A DNA stretch of 64,000 bases from Rhodosorus marinus CCMP1338 (Eukaryota; Plantae; Rhodophyta), in the NCBI GenBank assembly GCA_029953675.1, contig JAMWBK010000009.1, positions 1,240,001-1,304,000 of the forward strand, read 5' to 3'. Positions 48,860-61,086 of this stretch are shown piece by piece. The notes below the pieces were generated by a model, which did no database searches, was not told the DNA's origin, and saw only the letters and a list, made by a program, of their open reading frames with translations. Every line of letters starts with the position of its first letter. Positions within the stretch are counted from its first letter, which is position 1. The position numbers and the translations under genes are program-made.

Positions 48860-50104
48860 TTAGAAGCTGGTAGCGAACCCTTTCCGCCAAGGCTGTTCAA
48901 GGTACTCTTTTCCTTGCATTTCGAGCAGCCTTGAGACGGTTCGCCCAGCAGCGAAGATTTCGTCACTGGCTTTAGGATTGTCTGGTGTTACGCCTTCGTT
49001 ATCCAGAAGGTTCTGTGGCGTTTCATTCGCGCTGCAGAAGAGCTTGACTCTGTGCTCATACATTTCGTCAACGAGGGTGATGAACCTCCGCGAGACGTTT
49101 CGGTCGGAGATAAGTTTGAGCTTCGGGATACCCACAACGAAGATCGTGTGAAAGTTCTCGCAAAGAGCAATGAAGTCTGCTGCAGATAATGGCCTCTCAC
49201 AGAGTTCGTCAAAGTAAAAGAATGCTAGCCCTCCCTTGGTGGACTTGACAATGTGAAATTGTCTGCCAAGCACGTCTATGTATCGAGACACTACAGAGTC
49301 CGCTCCTTTGATCTGCATAAATTCCTGCTCAAGCCTCTGGTCGACATCTTCTGGATCTGAGCCCCGCACTTGAAACAGGTCTTCGCTAGGTGTGCCCAGC
49401 AGACGATAGTCTGTGCCAGATTCCATATTGTGGACTACACATCGCGATTTCAGCAGCTCGATGAACGGGAGGAAAAGACTCCTCTGGAGACCATTCTTGT
49501 ACAGCTCATCCGGTGGTCGATTGGAAGTCGCGAGCAGTACAAGTCCTCGGTCAAACAGGTTCTCAAACAATCTCCTCAGAACCATGGCATCCGCAATATC
49601 TGTAACCTGGAACTCGTCAATGAAAAACAGTTTTGCTTCGTTCGAAATCTGCTCTGCCACTACGTCCAGTGCGTCGACATTGGCGTCGCCGGAAGTCTTT
49701 GCGTGATACGCTCGTTGATGGAAATCATTCATAAATTCATGATAATGTTCTCTTCTCTTGCGTTCCACGTTAATCCGATCGAAGAGCATCTCCATCAGCA
49801 TCGTCTTCCCGCTGCCAACCCCGCCGTAAAGATAGAGGCCCTTCGGGGAGTCCTCAACTCTCGCATTCCCCTCCGCATCGGTCTTCAGGTTCCCAAAAAA
49901 ACTGCCCAAAGTCCACTTGCTTCCATTCGGCTCCTTTCCAACCGTCCCGTGGTAGTTGTTCTCCTTCAAGATACCCTTCCCGACACTCTCAATAACGTCC
50001 ACGGCCTTAACCTGCCACGGATCCTGCCGCAGTTTGCCATGGGCCAACATGGACCGATACGCTTCACCAATCGATAAGCATCTCATTACAGAGCTGTATC
50101 GCAT
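48860..50104 (-). CDS. AFG1: AFG1/ZapE-family ATPase (LACE1-like), intronless, probably mitochondrial
   Basis: [13 protein letters not shown] Walker [16 protein letters not shown] Walker [40 protein letters not shown]. Confidence 0.95.
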   Translation of the reverse strand: MRYSSVMRCLSIGEAYRSMLAHGKLRQDPWQVKAVDVIESVGKGILKENNYHGTVGKEPNGSKWTLGSFFGNLKTDAEGNARVEDSPKGLYLYGGVGSGKTMLMEMLFDRINVERKRREHYHEFMNDFHQRAYHAKTSGDANVDALDVVAEQISNEAKLFFIDEFQVTDIADAMVLRRLFENLFDRGLVLLATSNRPPDELYKNGLQRSLFLPFIELLKSRCVVHNMESGTDYRLLGTPSEDLFQVRGSDPEDVDQRLEQEFMQIKGADSVVSRYIDVLGRQFHIVKSTKGGLAFFYFDELCERPLSAADFIALCENFHTIFVVGIPKLKLISDRNVSRRFITLVDEMYEHRVKLFCSANETPQNLLDNEGVTPDNPKASDEIFAAGRTVSRLLEMQGKEYLEQPWRKGFATSF

Positions 50105-50836
50105 TTTATTACGTACGAGTGTATGTTCTCTACATAGCAGCGATCTAATAGCCCCTCACGCGATTGTCCATACCAACCGGCAACTCTGATAAAAACCCTA
50201 GGCTCTGCCCCAACGAGAGCAAATCAAACCACTGACTCCTGATGCCCAAATCACATTAGAAATTGGTTGGAAACTTTAAAACAAACACGGATAGTTGCAG
50301 AAACTACTAAACAAAAATTTAAGAGGAAACCAAATGTGCTTCCCAAGCTCATCACATCTGTCTTCCCCTTCCCCACCAACCGATCCACTTCTTATTGCTT
50401 GAAGGCACCTCATCTACTCGATTCGGGATCGACGGGCTCCTCCCCACGTCATCTAAATTCTTACGAATTACCACTAAGACCATATCTATCTAAATTATTA
50501 ATTATTACAGAGTAATAATTTATGACTCGTTATTTTTTTTTAAAGATATCGCGGAAGTTAATGAGGTAATGTATAATAGAAATAAGTATCAAATATTTGT
50601 TCAGATATTGTTATCATTTTTTGTTATTAATAGAAGAGTTTTAGAGTTTGGGGGAAATTGTTCATTTTCATTCTATTTATAGCAAAAAAATTCTTCTTGT
50701 GGTCGCTGGGTTTCAGCTGAGGAATTGGGATCTGGACAAAGTGTCGGGGGGTTGCTAGCCCGGGGGTTGCTTGGGGGTGACCGGTTTTGGCGGCGGGCTT
50801 TTGGGAGAAGTGTACTGAAGTGACCGGGATTTGGGG

Positions 50837-51055
50837 TCACTCGAAGTCTGGAATACGCAAAGTTTCAAACGACGATGGTAAATAATCCCTTGTCCGCTTT
50901 TTTTCTTCGAATACCTGGTGGTAGAGTGATAATCGTTCTTTCTTAACCGCCTTCTGGATTGAATCGGGCTCTTCTCCGTTGGCTGGGCGGGCGGAAGGTT
51001 GCTCGCGGTGCGTGGCAGCAGACAACAAACTCTGCCGCGGAACAAAGGATGCCAT
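50837..51055 (-). CDS. Possible small protein (MASFVPRQS...), unverified
   Basis: Short ORF with a MASF start resembling algal plastid transit peptides, downstream of a strand-skewed leader; no domain recognised. Confidence 0.25.
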   Translation of the reverse strand: MASFVPRQSLLSAATHREQPSARPANGEEPDSIQKAVKKERLSLYHQVFEEKKRTRDYLPSSFETLRIPDFE

Positions 51056-52729
51056 CACGGTGAGAAATAGCTGACCAGGTTTGGCTCCAGTAGGGCTCAG
51101 AGGAAATCAACCGGTTCAAGCAAACTCTGGAATTCAGATATTCCCAGGAGTGAGATGTTATCTGCATGGTTTAACCGAAACGCTCATTGTGTACTAGACA
51201 CTAGCGAAAGTGATGGAATATGCAGTATGAACGAGTTCATTGGTCTAAGGCTTTGCGAAGGAGTGAGGCATCCACCGTAAAAAAGGACGCTTCCATTCAT
51301 CGCGGGGGATTAGCCCTCCCCGGCACAGGACTTTTCCGAATTGCTTCAGTACTCATCCAAGAGAGGGATACCCAGCCTAGCATAAAGAAATATATTCTAC
51401 AAAGACAACGCGGAGGCAAGAGCAGATCCAAAGATGCTTCCTCGCCATACCTCTCTCGGCAGGTATGGAAAACAGATAGCCCAACGTCCCGCTTCCCTGG
51501 ATCACAGAAAGCTCTGTCAAACTGAATCTTCAGCAACAAGTACAACAAGGCATAGCAAGACAATCAACAACAGCTATCGACTAGACAGGCTCCGCAAAAA
51601 AAACACTGGTTTTCTTCCACTTGACATCCGCTTTACTCAGCAAACAGATCTGCGCATAAATACATAACACAATCACAGATGGTCTAGTCTGCACTACTGA
51701 TCAATCCGAACACCCGGAAGCACGACGAACGCACAGCAAAGGGGAGGCTACATCCTACAACTAAAGCACACAAACAAAACAAAGCCAAACCTTCTTACCT
51801 AACCCTCACAAAATTCATGAAACGTCTTCAACAGCCCACAAAACTACACTAACCACAACCTCAAACAAAACTCAACTCTCACAAAAAAAAAAGCACACTC
51901 ACACAAAACCCGAAGGGAAACCAAAACGAAACAAAAATAACACACACACTAAACAGATCACATCGGACTAAACGAAAACTAAAACGAAGAATAAGTGCCC
52001 TCCCAACACATCATCTCCCTCCCTTCCATCCACTCGTCCGATCTAATTAGCAGCTTAAATACCCTCTCAACGCCCCCCTCGTCGTCGCCCCAAACCCGCC
52101 AAAAGAAAAGAGACCGACCGCGACCAAAAATGACTGAGGACAAGCTGTCTCAGAACAAAAAAATTCCCGCCAAAAATATTTGACTGTATCAATCAATATT
52201 CTACAATTTACGCCAATTATGGTTCATAGATACATCCTGAATTATTGCACAAAAAAAAAAGGTTGTTTTGGATCGTGACTTGATAGAGTACGCTGAGGGG
52301 GGGGGTTTGGGGGGTTATGGATTTGTATTAAATTATCCTGGTTTTGGTCGAAATACGGGATTTTATGTAGTTTTGGAGGTATGATCGAATTTTTTTATGT
52401 ATACTTTTTTAGGGGTGTTTTTGGAGGAGGAAAAGATGGAGGGATGGGAGTTTTATGTCTTGATGGGTGAAGGCTGTTTTTGATGTATATGAAGAGTTGG
52501 GGATCAAGAGGGGGTTTGGGATTGGGGGCTGCCGGGGGGTTTGGTGGGGATGTTCGACTAGAGGAAGGAATCTGTTTTTGTTTTTTTTGGTGGGGAAGGA
52601 GTGTTAGGGAATAGTGGATGAGATCTTGAGGGCTTTATGTGGATGGAAGTTTTGAGTGAGGGGGTGAGATTTCGGGTGTTTCTGTTTTTCGGTGGGTGGG
52701 TGTGTGTGTGAGTTGTGGAGTGCCGGAGG

Positions 52730-52738
52730 TAGGGTTTT
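52730..52738 (+). promoter_or_regulatory. Telo-box-like motif TAGGGTTTT upstream of LC8 (other copies at 12126, 23916, 50192, 60763)
   Basis: Exact motif 75 bp before the ATG; recurs upstream of four other genes in the same sense orientation. Function is inferred. Confidence 0.4.
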
Positions 52739-52812
52739 GCTTTGGGATCGACCGGCTAGCGTTGGGGGTTGGAGGCTTTTGTGTTGTTGTTGGAGAGGGA
52801 GAGGTGGCAACC

Positions 52813-53200
52813 ATGAGCGTGATTGATAAGTCAAAATGCGAGGTTAAAGCGGAGGATATTACCGAGGAGATGAAGGAGGATGCGTTCACGCTGGCAGTAG
52901 AGGTAAGTTTCAGAGAGTCCTTTTGTTTCGTATTTCTGGCCCTCGACGGGAGCTCTCTTGCTCTCATCGCTCTTCCCATCTGATCGGCCGTTGCTGTGTT
53001 TCAATGCGTAGGCGGTGGAGAGATTCACGATCGAGAAGGATATCGCTGCTTTCCTGAAGAGAGAGTTTGATAAAAAGCACCAACCGACATGGCACTGCGT
53101 AGTGGGGAAAAGCTTTGGCTCTTACGTTACTCATGAAACTCGAAGATTCATCTACTTCTACGTGGGAAATCTCGCTATTTTACTGTTTAAATCTGGATAA
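52813..53200 (+). CDS. DYNLL: Dynein light chain LC8 family, 92 aa; 2 exons (52813-52902, 53012-53200)
   Basis: [56 protein letters not shown]; GTAAGT...TAG intron in phase 0. Confidence 0.97.
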
Positions 53201-53640
53201 AATTTTCGCGTGCAATTGGAACCGTTGTCAACTGGCTACAATGCCAAGCGGTCTAATGCATCGTCACGCTGACAGAATCCGTTCTCCGGAGTCCAGCAGG
53301 TCTAGTTTTGGGAAGAGCGCGTTTCTCTGCCGGATACCTTCTTGAGACTCCGTCTAATCTCTCTGCGGCCCTAGAGGGTCGCTGAAAAATCCTAATTACA
53401 AGACCGGCGCTGCTTTCAATATGAGCAGCCCTCGTCGGTGAGACTGTCTGACTGAAGCAAGAGACTAAACAAGAGAAATTCCAGATCGCTGCACTACCAC
53501 CAAGTCTCAATGAAGTTGGAAGCTTCGAATCCCTGCGCTCCCAAACACGGAGCGCAACCCGTAGATCGGACTGTACTGGATTCAAAAACTTGTTCAATAA
53601 TCTTGTGTAGCATCCTCCGTCATCTTCTGAGCTGCCGTAT

Positions 53641-54738
53641 TTAGAGGATGGCATGGTGGAGCAGTCCCTCTAATAGCGCGGTAGCACCTATGCTGCCTGT
53701 TTCGAAGATTCGTGGATCGGTATTGTCCTGAACGGCGTACGAACGAGAGCTTCAGTATTAATGCTGGCGCAACACACTGGACAGATTCTGTGGTTCCTGG
53801 CTTGGGGAAGTTTTGCTTACAGGAGTTTCAACTCCCGAGAGGATCAGGAGCGATTTCCCCTGCTTATCAACGTCCTCCATTATCAGACTATTCTTAACGC
53901 CGAATATCATCGTGTTCTCCTCAGTAATTTTTGTCATCTTCTGGATGAACCCTATCGCGTCCTTCATAGTCGCGCTGATGGGTAGAATCTGCAGTTTCTT
54001 CGCGTCCGAGTCCACTACCACCCGGCTTTTTAGGCCCATCTCCGTGAGCTTGGCTGAGACTTCCTCCTGAACTGCCGGCAGATTCTCAACATAAGTCTCT
54101 TTCGGATCATAGATCATTGGCTCTTCACTTGGGCTACCCTCTTTCTGTAGCTCCCGATCCGGCTTCAATTTCTCTGAGAAGAACTCGCTCATCACCCACT
54201 CCGTCGGCTTCCTGTCAAAGCTCTCGGTGCCGCTGAACAATTCGGCGTAATACGGATCCGGCGTCCTAGCGCAAGCACAGTCAAACAGTCAAACGAGAGA
54301 GACGAGGACACTCTGATGAGCTTGATGTGACAAGACCGTTTTGATGGTTTAGCATCAAGCGGAGGGAGCGTCTTCCGCCTCGACCATTGATGTTTGATCT
54401 TACGCGTATCCCGTTTGATAGATGTCCAGTCCGCTTCTGGTGACGAGGCAATCAACGCCGAGAGGGTACTTGGCCTCGTCCATATGCCTCATCGCACTCT
54501 TATGGCTTTGCTGTGTTGCGAAGACCAAGTAACAGCTCTGCTTGGCCTTCCTGTGCGTATCCACTCTGGCAAAGAAATCTTGCATCTCCGGATTAACGGC
54601 TCCCATCGCCTCTAGCTCCGCTACAACCAGCACGTCAGACGAAGTCATCCAAATCCTCCGCCGCTGATGCCTGCACTGTCTCCTTCTAATCGAATTCGTA
54701 ACACCTCGTCCATACGATGAGACGAAAGCGGACTCCAT
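53641..54738 (-). CDS. Sucrose-phosphatase-like (HAD-IIB) protein with degenerate catalytic motifs, putatively plastid-targeted, multi-exon
   Basis: MESAFVSS transit-like start. LVVAELEA, LVFATQQS, PLGVDCLVTRSGLDIYQ, LQILPISATMKDAIGFI, ENTMIFG and ALLEGLLHHAIL follow the S6PP motif order. The last exon junction is unresolved (possible 1-nt indel). Confidence 0.7.
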
Positions 54739-56724
54739 TGCACTTCAAAAACCCCACCCACCCCACCCACCCTCTTCGACCACTTAAAGCTACTCAATCC
54801 AAACTCCACAAACTGCTCTCTTCGTTAGCTGGTTCAGTCTGTCTCCAACCTTACCAAAGAACAACAATCCAACCCGCCAAACCCCTCCGATCCCCACCAC
54901 CAAAGCTATCTTGCCCCCCTCGGTTTTGATCTGCCGAAAAACTATTGAACATCAAATACTTGAGCAGATCGACGCAGCGAATCTCTCTCTCACTTCACTG
55001 GTTTACTCGACCTTTTTCCAACCTTAAAAACTGAGCAAAAGCTGTATAGGAAGAGCTCCAACCTCCTGCAGATATCTCCTCACCCAGTAACCAGTTTGAT
55101 CGCCTCAGCTCACGATGTTCATCAAGAATACACGCGCCACGAGGATTGAAAGGGAAATATGTGTTCGCCGGCGGCAGCAAGCGTCTTCTCTTCAGCAGAA
55201 ACCCAAAGGACTTACGATCCCCAAAATGCAGAGACATCAAGTGAAGCACAGCAAAGGAAAACCTCAGGCTTCCTCGGACTATGAAACGATCAGTTTGGGG
55301 CGCACTTTTCGGTCTTGGGTTCGGTTTTTACACGAAACAGTTCTCCTCAGGAATCCTTCTCGTTTCATCATGTCGGTGTCGAGAGTCGTTTTTTTCTGTA
55401 CTGGACTATTGGATGAGAGGAAAAGATAGCATTCAATGTTCGTTAACCACACACTTTCATCAAGGCTTTGAGAAAACTCTTGTTAATGATAGTTAAAGAC
55501 ACTAACCAGGCGTCCCGCCGTTTGTAGATCAGGCCCGGTCTGATCTCGAGTATCTCCGTCCAAGAGGGACAATTGGATGCTGAAAATGGACATCAGCACT
55601 CCTTCTTTGAAACCCAAGGATTCCGCTTGGATTAAGTAGTCTTAAGGGATCTCAGAAAGCCGTTTTGCTTCGTCTTGAATTGAATGAAATGCCTACGTTT
55701 CTTCCGAAGTGTCTTGATCATCACCTAGTTTTCCCCGTAGCGTCCTCAAGAGGACATCTTCGGTATTTGTCAAAGCAGTGGGATTTCAAAAGGGGAGGAG
55801 AGTGCGCCGGGCTATGGGGAGGACGGCTAGTAGCTTACGATGTTATCGGCCATGTCTGGATTCGACTGGATTCGATTTGAAGGTAGTCAACAGAGTATAG
55901 TATGATGCTCTGTTCTACTTTGGTGTCAGAGTGTGCGTTGGAAGCTTGGTTTTCTTGTTTTCTGTGCATGGTTCGCTAACGGGCCGGACGCGAGGGTGGT
56001 AAGGACCCCTGTCTGGACTGAATGCGGTTTCGGTTTTGTTCCGGGTTTGAAGGGACCGGATGTGGGAGATAGATGAGCTCTGGTTCCTCGAGCCTTGACC
56101 CGGTTTCTTGAACCTGGAATTCGATTGATTGTTCGTTCATAGTGATCGGGTTTTCGGTTTTAAGGGTGGGGTCTCCAGAGGAGCGATTCTTGCTTCCATC
56201 GCTCTTTGTGGGGCTTTGCGGTGGATTCAAGTCGACGTCCCTAAGCTGCTTGCAGTGTGAGTGGTGGGTGGGCTAGCTTGATCATGGGCTGTGACTTTCA
56301 AGTCAGACTGGCTACGCGGTGGAATGACCTTGGCGCAAGCGGGGATATTATCTTTTTTTTATCTCCTTCTGGACAGTATCGTACAGGGAAAACGAGTTCA
56401 ACAAGTAACTCATCGAAAAGACAGGCGAGCGAAGAAGCTTAATATGCCATGGCGGAGGCCCTTGTCATGATACGTTCGAATACGTAAAGGTCTCTCTGGA
56501 GGAGCAGAGGTAGTTGTACATGTAACCGTTTCCGAGAGCGCAATATCCAGCCCAAGGTCGCGCAAGAAGCCAGCGGAAACCAAATTCAGCCAGGTTTCTG
56601 CTGTACGGCTCTGGAAATGGGGTGATTCCACAACTCAGCATCAAGAAACTCTACGGAAAAGCACTGCTGGTCCACAAACCTCGGTTCTTAGCTTGCCCTC
56701 TAAGCACGGCCCTCTCACCAGCAG

Positions 56725-58488
56725 CTAAGGTTCAATCGTTTCTAGTATTGTCTTGATTGATGCAACCAGTTCCTCAAATTTCACCTCATGGTTTTTCTTC
56801 TTGGCAAGGTCCTTCAGCTGAACTATACCCTTCTCCAGCTCGTCTTCCCCAATGACAACCAGCAGAGGGATCTGCTGCTTGCCCACGTACTCGAGCTGCC
56901 TGTTCATCTTCGGGTTCAAGGAGTAGTTTAGCTCACAGCGAATAGATGCGTCCCACAATGAGGTGCATATTCTCATGCGCTCATTCAACAAGCGCTCGCC
57001 GGACGACGGGGAACCGACGTACACGTCTATCTCTGGTACGCGGATTTTTCCACCTTTTTCCGCCACCATCTCCAGCTCCGCTTCTCTCATAATGGTTAGG
57101 ACTCTCTCTATGCCGAGCGAGCAACCTACGCATGGTACTTCTCTCCGCGAGAATTTACCCACCAAGTGATCATACCTTCCACCAGCTGCGATGGATCCGA
57201 CGGAAGTCTCGTCCGACATAAGCACAGCTTCAAAAATCACCCCAGTGTAGTAGTCGAGACCCCGCGCGAGCGACAAATCGAAGCTGAAGCTGTACCATTA
57301 GCATCCAAATGGACCATCACGAGCGAGGTATTTCAGTTAAACGTATCCCAATACCGCGAGGAGCCGAAGCAAGTCGCGTTGGGTTGACTACCCACCTCTC
57401 CAAAATGTTCATCGACTCGAGGTATTGAAACAATCTTTCCATCTCCTCAAACCCAGTGCCACAGCTTTCAACAAGCTTGCTGTTGGTTCTCAGCTCTGCG
57501 AGTAGATCCTTTGGGTATCCTTTTTTCCGCACTAGCGCTCCAATGGCGTCTGCTACTCCCTCGTCAAGACCTTTTGCATTAACCATCTCCCTCTTCACCT
57601 CCTCCCAATCCATCTATGCGTCCGCGAGAACACATCACTCGGGTTCAGCGCTACCAACAGTGCTGGAGGACGGATTGGGGTGAAATTACCTTGTCTAGTT
57701 TGTCAATCGACGAGCTGATCGGTCGAAGGTCTTTCTCTTCCACCCCACAAACTTTGAAAACACCGTCGAGGATCTTTCTATTGTTGATCTTCACGACGTA
57801 GTTTCCCAGGCGTCTCCTGTGGAATTCGGACACAGATGACAGCTCTTGCAGCAGTTCAATTAAGACTTTCAGGATTTCAGAGTCTGGGACCATCGACGGA
57901 TACTCCCCTAGGTTTCGGAGGTAAGCGCCGGTCAGATCTCTTGGCACGCTCGGGTGCGAGGAATCGAAAAGAAGTACGTGGAACAACAACAAGTATTGGC
58001 ACGTACGAGGCGCACGACCTACCAGCAATGTCCAAATCGCATTGATAGAACTCTCGAAATCGGCCTCTCTCGATGGAGGGTTGATCTCTCCTGTACACTC
58101 TGGAAATGTGGTATCGTTTCATGTTCGTTATTCGATGCGACGCCAGGTACCTCGCGAAAGGCACGGTAAGATCATATCTGTACGTGCTCGAAAAACCGGG
58201 AATCTTCAGCATAAAGATCATCAGAACCAACCGCTGGAATGATCAACACAACCTTAAGGATAGAATTTCGCCCCCTTGGTCCGCAATATCGTAAATCAGC
58301 TTGGAATCCTCTCCATACTGGTCTACAAGGATATCTTTCAACTCAAACACAGGTGTGTCAATCGCGACGGCTCCGTGGCGTTTGAAAACAGAAGTCACAA
58401 TTGAGAATGCACGCTCTCGAATTGCCATTTCCTGTGGATCGAAATCCCGGGTTCCCTTCGGGACTTTTGCATTCTTCTTCGTAGGCAT
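56725..58488 (-). CDS. HARS: Histidyl-tRNA synthetase, eukaryotic cytosolic type without WHEP domain, multi-exon
   Basis: [46 protein letters not shown]...[38 protein letters not shown], anticodon-binding domain. Confidence 0.97.
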
Positions 58489-61086
58489 TGCTCGTCAACC
58501 CACAACCGGCTTACCTGTTCACAGCTCTGTGCGTCTCCTTGCGCTCACCGTTTATCCAGCTCCGCCAAAGGCTACTCAGTTTGAAATTCTCAAGGTGTGT
58601 GTACAATCCCACCCCTTCGGACGATTGTTATCCGGAAAGCTTACGGCCCGCGGTTCGCAGCATTATTACAAGCAGGGGAGGTGGTTTTGCAATTCCATTG
58701 ACACCCGCTAGTTAAATTGTGGATGTACATGTAATCGGGGCTCATTATAAGAGCTTATCGATAGCGTGCCCTGCTTGTGTCGCAGAACTGATTTTGCCGC
58801 TTGTATCATTAGCCTTAAACTTCTTGTCTCGAAAACACTGGCTTCTCAAAGGGTTTCTTTCTAAGCGATGGACGTTATGTTGTCATTTGCTATGACGCTT
58901 GGCTTCACCAATCTTGGAGTAGTGCTTTTTCCGTGTCGATCCCGCGGAGGCAATCCACAGCTTTGTTTCCCTGAGGCTGGGGCATCAAGGTGTGACCTCT
59001 CCTCCTCCTGAATCAGTCATCTGCTTCCGCAAAGGACTATTCGAGAGCATTTTTCCTCACACGAGAAAAGTGGCAGTTGAATAAGTCCATAGTCAAGACA
59101 ACCGTCGGCACGAAATTGTAGCTGTCATTCAAAACTTGGGTGAGGTAAACAGATGAAGGAAGAGCAGATCACATTCCCAAACGACTCCAAATCCAAACAC
59201 TATGCATACAAAGGCTGCGAAGAGCATTCAGCAAAGCCCTGCTACGCTCAATAATCATATCAACACCCTCAGTCCGCCTCCGGCTAACCCCCCGAACGTC
59301 AGCAAAGCCTCTCCGCATTGATATAAATATATACAGCACAAGAAAATTCAATCATTACTTTTGTCTAATGATTGATATAAATATCCAATTTTTCATAAAT
59401 ATTTTCGGAGCCTTCAGCTGTCCAACCGGAAACTCTAAAAACCCACAGAAATAAACAATGATGGGATTTTTTAGTGAAAATATTTTGGAACCTTTTCTTA
59501 CGTCTACGTACCCACCCCTGACTCGTCTGCTAAATCCTTCCCCGACGTGAAATAAACAATGACTTATACCCCTCCTACAGCCCTTCTATGTTCACCATAT
59601 ATTGATTTTTATAAATATAATTGAAAATAGTACGTGAAAGAAAGTGCCTTATATGACGGGTAAATCGAAGCGCATAAATATTTCTCAACTAGATCGACAG
59701 ACCGCGTAGAGGGGGGGTTCAACATTGTTTTCTTTCCTTGAAATTTGATATTTTTATGGACTTTTAGAACACAGTTGAAGGACGATTTTGAGCACAAAAT
59801 ATCTATCCATTCCTGAAACACGAAGTATTATATTTTTTGAAAGGGTGATGGAACAGGGCTTATTAAATGCAGAGATGAAACAAATAATATGCATTAATAA
59901 AAATAAAAAGCGTTATTTTTGGAAACAAGAATAGTTTTTACCCCCCCTTTCACTTTCTTGTACCTCTTGGCGTGTGAGAGTTGTGAAGATTTGATTTATG
60001 AGGACCAAAAGCAGCTTTTCTGGAGGGCAAAGCGGATGAGTAAAAAAAAGCATATTTGGTGAGGAGGAGGAGTATCTCGTCTGCGCTGCGCTCTAAGCAG
60101 ATCTACATTCTCCATGAGAAAGATGTCTCAGCGCGTTCACACAGAGCGGAGCAGAGAGACGTATTGGGAATCATGGTCTCCAGATCTCTTCTCAGATTTC
60201 GACTGGACAAAAAAGAAACTAGTTGACCGTTAACGTCTATCTGGTGCTCGCTCCTATTTGGTTGAGAATATCGGTCCACGCAAAATCCCCCGCCGCGCAG
60301 GGTTGCGGACGAAACCGGGGAAGAAAAACAAACAAAACCAACGGAGCGATCTCGGGAAAAAAATAAAAAAAAAGCCTAAAAGCTGTGCCGCAGGGTCTTG
60401 TCTATCCAAAACCCAATCCATTCTCAGTAGAGACATACACTCGCTTCCCTATGTCTTCTCGCCTTCCACAAGGATTTTCTACCGTTGACTGCCTCCTTGC
60501 TCTGCACACTCTCTCTCTACCTCCCCAAAAAGACCTTTCTCCATATCAAATCGCCTCCTAAGTCATTGGAAGCGAAAGAGGGGCTCGGGAATCTGAGTCT
60601 GTTTTCGTGGTGTGGTTGTTAGATATTCTTTGTGGTTTCGATCTGTGCGGAGGAGGAATGAGATCTGGTTAGGTGAGGTTTGGGGGGGGGGGGGATGAGG
60701 TCTGGGAAGGATACTGAGAATAAAAATTTTCGGTTATGATTTTGGGTTCCGTTTTGTTACTCTAGGGTTTTTGTTGTTAGGGAGGAGGGAGGAGGGAAGA
60801 GGACGAGAGTCTTTGGGTGGATTTAGGGAAGAAGGTCTTAGCGGTTGGTTTTGAGTTGGTGTGTAGATTGGTTGGTTTATTAGGAATAGGGGGATGGGTT
60901 GGGATTAGGATGGCAGAGGAGGGATAGGGGGGGCGGGGGAAGTCGTGTTTGTTGCGTTGTTGGTTGAGATTGGAGTGAAGACTGTATTTGTTTGGTGATT
61001 TGGTGAGGGTGGAGGGGGAGGCGGGGAGGGGTGGGGGCGGGGAGGGGTGTGGTGTCACCTGGGATCTGTGCTGAGCGCTCGGCGAG

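Noticed and set aside
49370-50077. Long antisense ORFs (also 8103-8495, 29935-30489, 46080-46904, 47471-47998)
   Set aside because: Shadow frames opposite well-supported genes or coding repeats.
55281-55496. Small complex I subunit-like ORF (WGALFGLGFG)
   Set aside because: Only a short hydrophobic resemblance; no convincing continuation or splice model.
60075-60160. ~85-nt imperfect hairpin (possible ncRNA or pre-miRNA)
   Set aside because: About 16 bp with bulges; no match to SRP, U3, RNase P/MRP or snRNA motifs that I can recognise; within chance expectation.
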